From Octopus sinensis (Eukaryota): DNA of 64,000 bases. Below are positions 1 through 13,635 of this stretch, piece by piece. The stretch is taken from assembly GCF_006345805.1 (NCBI RefSeq), contig NC_043009.1, positions 35,216,001 through 35,280,000 of the forward strand, in the 5' to 3' direction. How positions within the stretch are numbered: the stretch's first letter is position 1; each line of letters opens with the position of its first letter. A program made the position numbers and the translations under genes. Under the pieces are notes generated by a model. It searched no databases. It worked only from the letters and a program-made list of their open reading frames with translations, and was not told where the DNA came from.

Positions 1-445
1 AAAGGAACTCGTGAAAACCAAAGCCATCCCCATTAGAAGAGAAATTGGGTTAGAAAAATGTGCCATAGCAACCTTGAAAAGAGAAAAAACTGGTTAAAAG
101 TAGCAACATCACACTAGATAAAGCCAATGAAATAAGAGAATTAGACCGAAGCCATACATACAAGTATTTAGGAATCAATGAACTAGATACGATACAACAC
201 ACACAAATGAAAGCGAAAATAGAAAAAGAGTAATATAGACGAGTTAGATCAATACTGAAAACAGAGCTCAATGCTAAAACCAAGATAATAGATATCAACA
301 CTGGAGGTGGACAAGAAACAATAAATCAATATTATCTCTGGCTGCCCAGTCCAGGCTAAGAAGGAATATCTTCACAGACACGTCAGAGTCGGGACCTATA
401 TACACTGGAAGCTATGCCAACACTATAGAATAACAGCGGAAAAAT

Positions 446-447
<2 letters not shown>
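1..447 (+). mobile_element. R4/Dong-clade RLE non-LTR retrotransposon fragment with internal deletion
   Basis: Reads GLEKCAIATL...HTYKYLGINE (RT C-terminus). At ~302 it jumps to GQETINHIISGCPV..KKEYLHRH.RVGTYIHWKLCQHY (frameshifted), nearly identical in DNA to 43010-43145. Followed by (AAT)n. Confidence 0.85.
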
Positions 448-539
<92 letters not shown>

Positions 540-600
540 TAATAATAATAATAATGATAATAATAATAAGAAGAAGAACAAGAAGACGAAGAAGAAGAAT
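448..600. repeat. (AAT)n then (GAA)n microsatellite
   Basis: Direct reading of the sequence. Confidence 0.95.
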
Positions 601-962
601 ATTGCAAATACCAACGTACGCATTATGAAGCACACGCACAAATATAAGCATATGCATAAACACACACACATACACACACATGTTAATGAAAATAATTTTA
701 AAATTGTTTAGAATCTTGGAAATAGATTTAACCCAGAACTTATCCAAAACGTGTGTAATTGCTTTCGTTTTTTTTTTAGCCTTTGAAACGTGTTGTAAAT
801 GAACATTGTTTTTAAAGTTCTGATCCTTATAGAAATAACGGTTCAATATTTGTGTTTTTGTTTTTGCTAAAAGATTGTTGCGGAACATTCTTTTGTGTTT
901 CGAAATGAAGTTTCTTTTATAAGTTTGAAAAAGGAGAATGTTTTGCGTTTTTATTTGTACAG

Positions 963-998
963 GATATGTACATACTCACTAGATGGAACATCCGTTAC
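963..998 (+). CDS. Candidate 36-nt coding exon of unidentified host gene (least certain member of the chain)
   Basis: ttttgcgtttttatttgtacAG|gatatg...ccgttac|GTTAGT. The phase 2-2 frame is open (ICTYSLDGTSV) and compatible with the exon at 12038. Confidence 0.25.
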
Positions 999-1799
999 GT
1001 TAGTTAATTATGTACTCTTATTCGATCCAAATTTTTTTTGTCTATTTGACTGATCTATTTTTCCCAGCACCGAAGCGATGCAACAAAATCAGGTCTTATG
1101 TTTTACAACTGAATTCTTCCTCTTTCTGGAAAATTTTGATTTTATATATTCCAAATCAGATCGCAAATTCAGTAACAATGCTTTTCGCTTTTCGCTATTT
1201 GAATAGTTTCTTTTTCCGATGTAAATTTGAAAACAAAGCATTAATAGCTTGCGTTACATGGCTACAATGTAATGAGAACTGCATCGATTAAACAACAACA
1301 GGATTAATGAACCTAGTCGGGGAACATAGACAATAAATCTAGGCTTCCACACGTTAGAAATGTTTCTTTCTCACATATGGGGGAACATCCAATTATAAAA
1401 GACAAAACCAGCTTACTTTATAAAGATTTTGCTATCCAAAAACTATACAGGCAACGTTGATGGCTGTTACCGAACCTATGTTCTACAGTAGGTTTTATGA
1501 CAAATAATTACTTTGGTTTACACCGCGTGTGTGTTTGAAAGCTCAAACAAAAGAACACAAAGGTCACTTTCGTATTTTCCACTAGGGTGATGCTAACCCG
1601 TTTTAATAAAGACAATGCTAAATAATTTCTAATTGTTTTTTATCATTTACTATATCAAGAATGTTTACTTATATACATACACACACATACACTCATGCGC
1701 GCATTCACGTTCCCGTAAGGCAGGCTTGCCAAATGTTAAGAGATTCCTCTACGTGAAACCATTGCTATACTAGTTAAGCCACAAAAAGTATCTCTCCCC

Positions 1800-1874
<75 letters not shown>

Positions 1875-2127
1875 CTTTTACTTGTTTCAGCCATTTTTGA
1901 TTGCGGTCATTCTGGGCATCTCCTTGAAGGGCATAAATCGTACAAATCGACAACGGAACTTATATTTTAAAGACTGGAAATCTTTCTACGTCGAATGGTG
2001 ATTGGGAACAAACATGGAAACAAAGACCTGCACACTTAGATACACGCACACACTCACACATACACACCGATATATATATTCTTTTATATATTTCAGTTAA
2101 CTGACTGTGGCCATGCTGGAGCACCCC
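1875..2127 (-). mobile_element. Two decayed 3' tail fragments of SINE family A
   Basis: cttttacttgtttcagccattt..tgcggtcattctggg and tttcagttaactgactgtggccatgctggagcacc match the reverse complement of the family A tail. Confidence 0.65.
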
Positions 2128-2579
2128 TTATATATACACATATATATGTGTATATATATATATCTTAGAAGGTTTGGAGATGATGTACAGGTATTATATA
2201 TTAGAAGAAATAAGGTACTAAAAAATCTGGATCGCTTTATATTTACAGCTATTCATTAATACGTCACATATTTTTATAAAACATATATTAGCGCTTGTAT
2301 CCACTCTAGAGGATTCTTCAGATTGAATATTTTCAGGAAATTTGTCTCTTTTTATAGTATTATTGAGTGTGTAGGGGTGGAGAGAGATATAGGATAGTAA
2401 AAGTGGGTGAGGAATGGGGAGAAAGTGAGAGAGAGAGAGTGCATGTGTGTGTGTGCCTTTGTATCTGAAAGTGGTGTCAGTATATATATATATATATATT
2501 GCATACAACTATATATACATATATACATGTATGTATGTATACACACACTTACTTACCGACATCCATACACACATATATA

Positions 2580-2770
<191 letters not shown>

Positions 2771-2874
2771 CAGGATGATTGAAAAGTAACTTCTTGATTT
2801 AAAATACTTATAAATTATTTATTAAACAAAAGAACGGCTGCAAGAGGGAAGCTTTTAGAATGAAGTCTTATTAA

Positions 2875-3180
2875 AATTCGATATGGGCTCCAAGTGTCGC
2901 TACCAGCTTCTTGAGTGGCCCAAGAATTGCGTCAGCTGTTTTCACCAGAAACTCTATGGGATGGAAGAAGACATAATTTTTCGTATTCGCCCTTCAAGAT
3001 CTTCCAAGTTCGGTACAGTTGACTTGTTCCTTTAACCAACCCCAAATAAATTAACCACAACGTCGTTAAGTCGGAGCTCCTTGCTGGACACTCATGCAGA
3101 CCACAATGACCCATCCATCTCTTGGGAAAATGGAAATTCAGCCATTCACAAACGACAAGAACAATATGATTTCAGAATAA
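2875..3180 (-). mobile_element. Tc1/mariner-superfamily transposase C-terminal remnant, rosa (DD41D)-like
   Basis: Frameshifted translation EWLNFHFPKRWMGHCGLHECPARSSDLTTL...WLKEQV...EFLVKTADAILGPLKKLVATLGAHIEF* matches the RWxG..WPxRSPDLTPxDF.LWG.LK / GxHIE pattern. The second Asp is not visible, so the subfamily is inferred. Confidence 0.7.
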
Positions 3181-3306
3181 ATTCTCATAATTTAAAAAAA
3201 AACCCAGAAAAAGTTAGGAAAAAATTACGAGATTTTAGATAAATTGTATTTTAAAATAGGCAGTTACTTTTCACTCGCCCTATCTGTTTGTCTGTCAGTC
3301 TGTCTG

Positions 3307-3901
<595 letters not shown>

Positions 3902-3941
3902 TGATATATATATATATATTATATATATATATATATTATAT

Positions 3942-4034
<93 letters not shown>

Positions 4035-5519
4035 GAGAACGAGAGAGAGAGAGAGAAAGAGAAGGAGAGAAAGAGGAGAGAAAGAGAGAGAAAGAAAATG
4101 AATGTGTAAGAGTGCGAGTATGTTTAAACATCATTAATGGAAAAACGCATGGCAACTAAGTGTTAAAATCTGCTCGATGCACCAACTACTAACAAAGGGA
4201 CAACCGGTTTCTGACAGATTCATATGTTTGATATGTAGTACATGTATGAATACAGACATTACTTACACATTTTAAATTTATACAAGCACATACACATATA
4301 TGCGTATGAGTCTACGTATGCAAATACATATATTTATGTAATTATATATAAATGTTTGATATACATGTTATATGTGTTTCTATGAGAATACACAGATACA
4401 TACATACTTTGTGTGTGTGTGTGTCAGTGTATGTGTGTGCGAGTGTGCTTGTGTAAATAAACACTTTATTGAATCTATATTTGCATATTTGTCTGTTAAA
4501 CTCGAAATATTTGGCACCGCTCAGAGATGATATTATCTATGCATTTTACCAAAAAAATCAATAAGGCAATCAAAGCATACCGATTATAACATCTATATAG
4601 GCTTTTGACACTGACTACAATATTCACATTACACCATACAACATACAGCATAACATCATACAGCACAATAGATACATTGAACTTTGATGTACGAAAAGTT
4701 AACTCCCCCTTCTTATACCAACTCCATTTCTGTCTAAACAACACAGTAGCAATGTTTCAGAGATGGTTCAATCGGGGCGATATTAAATATTATCTTTATT
4801 GTCTTCAACGAACGCCAATTAATTTTGCGGCTTTCTACAAGCTTTTCTATAAGCTGTTTGATATATGTAAGCAATGAATCGCATTAGAACATTCATCGTA
4901 GTTAAGAGTGTCAGCATGTTTTTTATTGTTGTTTAGTTACTTGCTAATATATGATGACATATATATACACAGCCATAGAAACAATCAATATCGCACACAT
5001 ACGCTCCTACACACATGCATACAAGTGCATGCTGATGTACAGAAAGTGAGTGTGAAAAAGACAGAGAGAGAAATGTACATTGATATTCTCGGCCACATAT
5101 ACAGTAAATTATGACATGGCACAGGGCGCAGCCATTAATCTGCGTATTTATATCATACATCATAAACACGTAACGTCACACTGTGTTCCCATCTTAACGC
5201 AAAGTAATTTTCATTACATCTCCCTTCTCTACAAACATATCTTGATGTATTATTGTAGTCAATATATACACAAAGTTTCAGTTATGGCAGTATTACAACT
5301 CATGTCATCAACTTCAAATAAACACAAATATATATTTATTATCATTCTGATAATGTAACTTTCTTCAAAGCCCATGAATATATCTTCTTTAAATTGAACT
5401 GTCCATAAATGAATTTCTTTATTTTCTTTTATCATTAAGAAAATAATCATTTTAACTTCTTCAAACGTGGAAAGAATAATGCTAATATATATGCTTTCTA
5501 TCAATTAACGCAGTTCATC

Positions 5520-6720
5520 TTGTTTGACTTGAAATCCAGCGTTTAACACAGTTCATGAATCTCTCTTTTCATTGAGCAATTCTCCAATTCAACAGTTCTC
5601 GATGATTTCTCCTATGGATCTCGTAGTTTGATTACAGATAGTGACTGTAGTCTCAGACTCATCACAGTTCATTGTCTCTTTACATTCTCCATTTGGTTGA
5701 GCTGTTGGATTCTCGACCATTCTAGAACAAAGTTAGCGAATTCTGCACTCGTAAACTGTAGTCCGTTATCTGCCATGAGCTTATCTGGGATGTCGTGTCT
5801 GGCAAAGACAGATTTCACTGCTGTGGTTGTCACTTTACTTGATAGGTCAGACAATTTCACAATTCCAGGGCACTTTGAGAAATAGTCTACACACATCAAG
5901 TAGTCAGTGTTCTTGCACACAAAGAAGTCAGCTCCGACTTCGGGACCACGGTCGATCAGATATGTCATTGGCTCTTCAACGGTTGTTTTGGATTACTCTT
6001 TCTGTTTTTGTTGCATACAGAACATCGTGATACAAATTCTTCAATTTGAACAGTCATTCCTAGCCAAAGGATAACATCTTTGGCTCTGAGTATGCACTTT
6101 GTCACTCCGAAGTCAGCATCATGAATTCTGTTCAACATTTCTGTTTGTAGTGTTGCAAGTGTTGCAGGAACTACAATTTTATCAACTTGCTGGAACGTAA
6201 TTTCTGTTCTATGGCCATCCGAGCAACCTGGAATGGTACTTTATTCGAAGTGTCACTGATTTCACTTGATACTGATACTTCTATTTGTCCAAGCTAGGAA
6301 TTACTTTCACTCGAAGTATGACACAAATTTTAGTTTTGATCTTAACAGTTCCTTATTCCAAGAACATTGATTTAGAAATGATATTGCCCTCTGGACTTGT
6401 ATCCAGTTTGACTTTCACTGGTTTCTTGTTGATCTATAAAGTCTCATTCCAATCTTCATGATCATTTTTCAAATGTCATTTTTATATGGTAAATTCTGAA
6501 AATATGCCTCGTGGATGTAAGTGTAAACATTCCAAGTTATGCTGGTTTGTGGCAGAGACCCAAATCGCAGGTAACATTTCAACTTTATTTGAAACTGTAC
6601 AGCAAAACGCAGCTGTGTTCAATGGCATGGATGGCAGTCGTAAACAATTGTCATGAAAACCGAAATGCACGTGCATCTTGTGGAGGTTATGGGTATAAAA
6701 ATCAACTTAAAGCGCTTTCC
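5520..6720 (-). mobile_element. Ty3/Gypsy LTR-retrotransposon relic: degenerate gag knuckle, protease and integrase; RT/RNase H absent
   Basis: Protease motif VKVKLDTSPEGNIIS (~6370-6430). Integrase zinc-binding region RIHDADFGVTKC..RAKD..LW.GM..QIEEFVSRCSVC and core RPWSRVGADFF / VDYFSK / VFARHDIPDKLMADNGLQFTSAEF. No LTR recognised. Confidence 0.85.
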
Positions 6721-7280
6721 TGGAACTCGTAATATAGAAGCTGAGTTTCACGTTGCTGGTTATATTAATTTGTAATTTGTTGAATTTGCTGTTGTTCCCT
6801 TTGTTGTGTATGTTTTTTTTTAAATTCTTGTTTTACTGCGTTTGGCAGAATTTTGAACGTTTACCCCCTTGCGTGAAGGGGAAATTACCATTGTTTTTGT
6901 TGGGTATTTACACCCAAAATTATTATTTGAAAAATGAGTAGTTCCTCTGGCGAGGAGACAACTACTAAACCAATTTTGAAGATGCCTACCGAGAAAGGAA
7001 TGTTGAAAGAACCAGAAATCGAACCAAGAAATAACAAAATGACAAATTTTGCAGCGACAGCTGGTGTGAACAGGAAAGACCCGAATATTGACCAAAAAGA
7101 ACTCATCAAGTATAAAGAACTGATTCAAAGGAGGGGGCACGAGGTGAAAGTGACCCCTCTCGTTGTACTAGTGTATATAAAGAGTTCAGGCCGAAGTTTT
7201 GTCAGTGAACAGGTCGCAGTTTCAAAGCGACGAAAATATTTTGACACAAATTAAATTTAAATGTTGAAGAGAATCCAACG

Positions 7281-7334
<54 letters not shown>

Positions 7335-7352
7335 CGTGTGCGTGTGCGTGTG

Positions 7353-7397
<45 letters not shown>

Positions 7398-7617
7398 TCT
7401 TAAACGGCTTATAAACATCTTCCATGCTGCAATTGTTTTGTTCTAGCACACGATCTCAGATCAAGTACATCTCCGTAATATATATATATATATATATATA
7501 ATTATACATAAAGGTAAAAGAAAACATTTTCTATACCAATATGCTGAAAAGATTTATCCTTATATTATAAGTATACATACATACATACATATATATATAT
7601 ATATAAATATATATATA

Positions 7618-7657
<40 letters not shown>

Positions 7658-9651
7658 TGGGGGATTAATCGATATACGGGTATTCTATTTCAGATAATAC
7701 AAAATAACCTAATGAGTATATCTGACAGTAAACTCATGGTATCAGTTTGCACATCACGAAATAATACTTAAAGGATATAACCAAAAATTACCAGCAGAGT
7801 AGCTATATTACATTTAAATCAGGAATAAATCTTTCTGTATTCATATGTGTCATGATACTTTTGGCCGCTGTAAGTTGTTATTGATAGGCCGTTCTGCTCT
7901 CGAAAATCTCTCAAAGACAGGGCACACAATTCAATGATAATATAGAATGACTTAAAATTTTATTTCTGAATTTCTAATATTGCCAAATATCTTCTAGTAT
8001 CCTCTCGCTTGCGGAATACTGAAACTATTCAACTTCGAGACGAACGCTTCTCTTTTTATATACCATCATTGATACAAAAAGAGAATGCCTAAAATTGTAG
8101 TCATTCTCAGCCACACCCCAGCCTAAGTAGTTTGTTGTTTCTATGTATATTTCTAGTTCCACTATTGTTACTTCGTTATAATTCTCTATTCGATTCCAAT
8201 TCTGAGTGATCTGGATATAGTTATAAAATATCCTCCAATGTATGTCAGCTGTAGCATTGTAACTCCTGAATCTGCCTGTTCTTTCCTGATTTAGTACTCT
8301 CTCAAAGCTCTTCTATTCCTTTAACTTCAGATTTATTATGTGCAAGTTGAACTTCATAACTGGGTGAGCAGTGTTGCTAAATCTATAATCTCATTTTCAG
8401 CAACGGGTTACTTTTTAAAATATTAATCCGATATTTTGTTGGTAATTTGTGCGTTTATTCAATCAGTCTTATCTATCTTAAATATTTAGATGTGTGGTTT
8501 TGATATTGTACTCTGATTTTATTAGCATGATTTCATGTAATATCCTGATATTCTTTGATATTTTGGTATTATTTGATATTTTGTGCTTGTTGATAGTTTT
8601 AAGTCGATTCTCCAGCTGGGTATTTTCATTTTGCTAATTATTTTGTATATACATATAAACTGAAGCTGGTTTATATTCTATCCACAGAATTTGGAAATAT
8701 TGGTAGTTCCAAACAACAGATATTTTTAATGAGATAAGAATTTAGAAGAAAAATAGAAGCGATAAGGAATCCCTTGACAGATGCTTTTTCTCATGACTAC
8801 AAAAAATGGTTTGCATCGACTTATCATTGCCATCTAATAATATACTTGTTTTCATTTCGATGTAACATGTTTGATATACAGTATCAATATGGTAACTGAT
8901 ATACATTTATATGGAATATCTACACTGGCATCATCATCATCATCATCGTTAGCACATCACAGAAAAAGTTTAGAGGCATTTCTTCTGTCGTCCTCAGCTC
9001 AAATTATTTCGAGGTCAACTCTGCTTTTCTGCCGTTTGGGGTCAAGTATATAAGTACCACTCAAGTACTGGAGTCGGGGTGATCGACTAGCCTCCTCTCC
9101 CAAATTTGCTGGCCACGTACCATTAACAAAATGAATTTTCATTGTTGTTGTTATTGATGTATTGTTGCTGCTGTTTTTCTACTAATTTTCTCCCTCTTGT
9201 TGTTTTATGAAAATTTCAACAACATCAATTTTGAGAAAAATATTTGTTAATCACACTATGTAGACCTTCATACTCCACCTTTTGCTAGGCAATTTCCTTT
9301 ATAAACTGATGACTTACATTTACACTGGTTTTACATTGATGTGATGGTGGGTCCCCTGTCATAAATACCATCGTTTCCAATGGAGCACATTTCTATTTTG
9401 TGTGTAAGTTTACAAGTTATTATAATAGCGATGGAATATTATGTACATTATGTTAACTTGAAAATGGCGACAACATAAACAGTCTCCCTTGTCTTCACTG
9501 TTTGATGGTGTCTATATAGACTGTCCAACACTTAACAGACTAGCAAACATTACAATCTCATTTAAAATCATCTATTATTATATGCATTCCTACGCACTCG
9601 CACACACAGTTGTGTGTGTGTATGTGTGTAGCAGTGTTTTTCCTTTGATAT

Positions 9652-9715
<64 letters not shown>

Positions 9716-9718
<3 letters not shown>

Positions 9719-10103
9719 TTATATATAAAAGTAAGGTTGTGTGTCTGTCTACTCCGATTTAGATTCCTAACTACTCCCACATTTTGCGGTGCAGTTTAAC
9801 CAAAACCGGGTATCTTATAGTCGTGATTCATATCGAGCCCTTCTGGGTATTAGCGCGCGTCTACGATGAGTCTACGATTTTAAAAATAATTTACCATCAT
9901 TTTTTCCATTTTAATGCACATTTTTTTAAAGGGAAGTAACTCTCTAAAAATGTCTACGATGAGTCAACGATTTAAAAAAATTTACCATCATATTTTTACC
10001 ATTTTTAATGCATTTCTTTTGCTATTTTTTGGCTATAACTCTCTAAAAATGTTTTATATTTATTTCCCTTACAAACCCGAGCAACGCCGGGCGATACTGC
10101 TAG
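9716..10103 (+). mobile_element. Non-autonomous Helitron (copy 1)
   Basis: 5' TC (tctttatatataaaag), subterminal hairpin cccgagcaacgccggg, 3' CTAG followed by T. Inserted at A|T within (TA)n. Has an internal ~60-bp duplication and is closely similar to 50410-50806. Confidence 0.85.
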
Positions 10104-10166
<63 letters not shown>

Positions 10167-10846
10167 CATACATATATATAAAACGAAGGATGACACCATG
10201 TATATGTACGAAATTCTACAATGTGTATATATATGTGTGCTTGCTTGTTGTATGCACGTATTTTATCAGTTTACAAACATGATCTGCGTTTCACTTTCCA
10301 AGAGCAGATGTGCCTATTTCTCCCAATCGTTCACAAGTCATGTTTCGATAATTAAATCTCTGATATTTTTGTTTCGTTTCCACCAGTTTTCGTATCTATT
10401 ACTCGAAATATCAGACTCTTTTAATCATGACTATTACGTTCCTTTAGTCGAAAGCTACGATATTTCTTTCCCAATTTTTTCCTATCACATTCTTTGCTCT
10501 GAACACTGCCACATTTATTCCAGTGAAGATTTCATGTGATAATCGTCAAACGATAACCGGTTTTCATTCGTGGACCAAACATCCGCCTTATTACTAGAAG
10601 TAGTTTGTACTTCAAAAACGAAAGGAAATCATATAGCTACCAGAATAATGTGTTTGGTTGTGTTTTCATCAAATCAAGGGAAAAAATCCCGTAGGTGAGT
10701 TCTAAGATATGTCATTTAGCAAAACAATAGTTGGAATTTCGTGAAATAAGCTTTGTGCGTAAATGCACTCAAATATCTATATTCTAATATATGCAGTTAT
10801 GATACATACATACATATATACATACTTCAATACATACATACATACA

Positions 10847-10878
<32 letters not shown>

Positions 10879-12037
10879 ACCAAAGCTATATACAAGTATC
10901 CTGATTATATGTGTGCGTATCACTATTGTTAAGTGAGATACATATGTCTACATATTTTCCATTAGCTTTACTAATTAAAATCATTGACCAATCGATAATG
11001 TTTTACTTGAAAAATTTAAAATTTAGTGAACTGCGTAACATTTTAAATCACTTTATGGTGGCAGCATTTTGAATATATTTAAAACATGTATAAAAATTAT
11101 TTTATACTACATTAATTCATATTATAATTAAAAAATTAATTTATGATACGCTCATTTATATTCTAATTCAATCTCACATTAAAAAAATATTTGAAAAGAA
11201 CACCCATACACTCGTCATTCTGCTTATAGTAGAATGTTCAAAGTATTCATACACTCTTATCAGCATATGCATGCTATTCACAAACTCGTCCAAACTTTTT
11301 AAATTAATATTACCATGTAAAAGTAGAGAACCTCGTAATCTTTCCCCCAGAATCATTCACAATTCCACCTTGATATGATTTCTCTTGTCAGTTACTCTTC
11401 CAATAAATTCTATGTTGCTAAAGAATAGATTTGCGGATCACAGTGAATGTTTTATCTGCATAGAGGCTTCCACAAATCTTAGCGAACATAATGGACAATC
11501 GGAATGTGTTGCTACATTATGGACTTGCTCGGTAATAATAGTTTAAATACACTCAATAACAAAAAAAGGACTTTGGTTAAATTTTTGAATATCTTCAACT
11601 AAGAATTTTTATCAGTTTCCCATGTGGTTTCAAAATATTTTGAGGATGCAATAAGTGCGCACATTCCCAATGTATAGAATTTTATTTTCCACCATTCCTT
11701 ATCACTTCATTTTTTTTGTCAATTTTATTTACTACTTGACAGTGGGTGTGAAATTTTGGAAATCTCTCTTAGAATCTTAACCTTACTTGTAACAGCAAAA
11801 GAAAGAAAGAAAGAAAAAATGAATATATAAAAATATAAGAAACGAAATAAAAATTAAAAGAAAATTCATTTGTCATGTTCTGTCCTTCGCATTTCATCGT
11901 TTATATTTCTCTTAGCATTTCTTTTTTTTTGTCTGAGATTAGATTGTTAAAACTAAGTGCACACATTCCCAATTTTGATGGATTGGTTTTAACCAGTTCT
12001 TATCGTGATCTAATATCTTGCCTCTTTCGGTGATCAG

Positions 12038-12192
12038 CAATTCAGCTGAAATCTTTGTGAATTGTTATAAGGTGACAGGTGTTCTATCACACTCAAGTTA
12101 CATTTTCCTACTTTCGATGGGTGATATTTCAGTAATCCGAATCACTATTAAAAATTCAGAAGGGAGAAATTTCAGAAAAAATGCCAACAAAT
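12038..12192 (+). CDS. Candidate 155-nt coding exon of unidentified host gene
   Basis: cttgcctctttcggtgatcAG| ... aacaaat|GTAAGT. Open phase 2 to phase 1: NSAEIFVNCYKVTGVLSHSSYIFLLSMGDISVIRITIKNSEGRNFRKNANK. Alternative acceptors are possible. Confidence 0.45.
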
Positions 12193-12665
12193 GTAAGTAG
12201 ACAAATACAATACATTTCTATGTTGAATTCTGTGTTAACTCTAAGGGAATTAAAGATAAAACTTAATTCACGACAATTGAGAAATAACATTTTTTACCTT
12301 CAACTATATAATTCCAGTTAATTACAATGATCAAAGACATTCCGACCACGATTATCCAGTCTCACTATTGTCATACAAATTTTAGGTATTAACATTATTT
12401 TATGAACACCGCGAGTTTTAAGACGAAAGTGTACGTTTTGAGGGACGTTTAGATGCTATTTCCACTCAACATAGTTTCTCTTACGACTCTCTTTACTATC
12501 GATTGTATATGAACTGAGAACATTCCACGAGAGTGAATCAAATTTTGCATCTCACCTTTGTGTTCAGAGAATCCCGAGAGAGTGAAGACTATGGTTGGTT
12601 AAGTAGATTTGCTTAAATGTGTCCTCGTTTACCAGCATGTTGTTTCGCACATCGTCACACAGTGC

Positions 12666-12696
<31 letters not shown>

Positions 12697-12744
12697 TGTG
12701 TACATACATAGATACACATACACACACACATACACAAACACACG

Positions 12745-12790
<46 letters not shown>

Positions 12791-13147
12791 CGCATATCTG
12801 TATATTGTTATTGATTTGCGTGTATTCCTTATAAAACTCCTGCCAATATGTTGCATAGTTACATTATTCCCAGAACAGCCCTTTAAACCTTTAACTTAAT
12901 GCATAAATTATTTCTTCCAACTTAATTATCTTTACAAATAGACACTCATAGAATTTGATTCTAAGAATTTCTGTTGCATTCTGTTGTGGCTTTCACCGAA
13001 TTCACCAACCTCCTCTCACAGTTATTCCCCACCCAACACATATACAGAAACTATTTTCCCCGATAAAAACTACTTTGATCCAATTAACACCCTTTCAGTT
13101 TTATTTTAGACATCTACTCGACCTAATTTTTTTATAAGTCACGCATA

Positions 13148-13635
13148 CGGCCGTTTCAAGCAACTCCTTTAATTGAGTAATGAAAACATTACATCATTGC
13201 AAAGAAACTGTTTTCGTCAGACGACTGCACAAACTTCAAACACTGAGGACCAACCAACAGCTGTAACATGTTCGTATCATTTACTGGAGCTCAAATATTT
13301 ACACTGATTCCGCTGCTATTTCTTTGGCAGAAGAAGTTTAGAAAATAGTCTATGTAGTGTCGAACCTACAAGAATTTAGAGGTTAGTAGAGGTTGTAGTG
13401 GTGGGGGGTAATAATTGAGAATAGTAGCCTAGTTACCTACACTTGGATGATAATAGGTGGACTGTCGTCTTCAATCTTCAAAAATTAAATCTTTTGGGAG
13501 TTGGTGATACGAATATATTAAAGCAGTTGTTGGTCCTTTGTGTTTGAAGTCTTTACGGTCATCTGACGAAAGCGGTTTCTTTGCAATGATGTAATGTTTT
13601 CCTTAATCAATTAGAGGAGTGGTTTGAAACGGCCG
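13148..13635. repeat. Inverted repeat, ~115-bp diverged arms (13148-13262 / 13522-13635), ~260-bp spacer
   Basis: cggccgtttcaagcaactcctttaattgag...ggaccaaccaacagct versus the reverse complement of agcagttgttggtcc...ggtttgaaacggccg. Confidence 0.85.

Noticed and set aside
2240-2325. Minus-strand CTGAAGA...GAATAGCTGTA hammerhead-like motif
   Set aside because: GAAAC is corrupted and stem I does not pair; too decayed to call.
6934-7254. 106-aa ORF as a gene or LINE ORF1
   Set aside because: No recognisable motif or splice structure; A-rich composition can keep such frames open.
7800-8760. Possible decayed retroelement coding region
   Set aside because: No motif could be read with confidence in any frame.
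9290-9404. Acceptor plus GTAAGT donor pair as an exon; likewise 53261-53376
   Set aside because: All three frames contain stop codons across the interval.
13200-13580. CTGACGA motifs in the inverted-repeat arms
   Set aside because: No correctly placed GAAA after a stem II.
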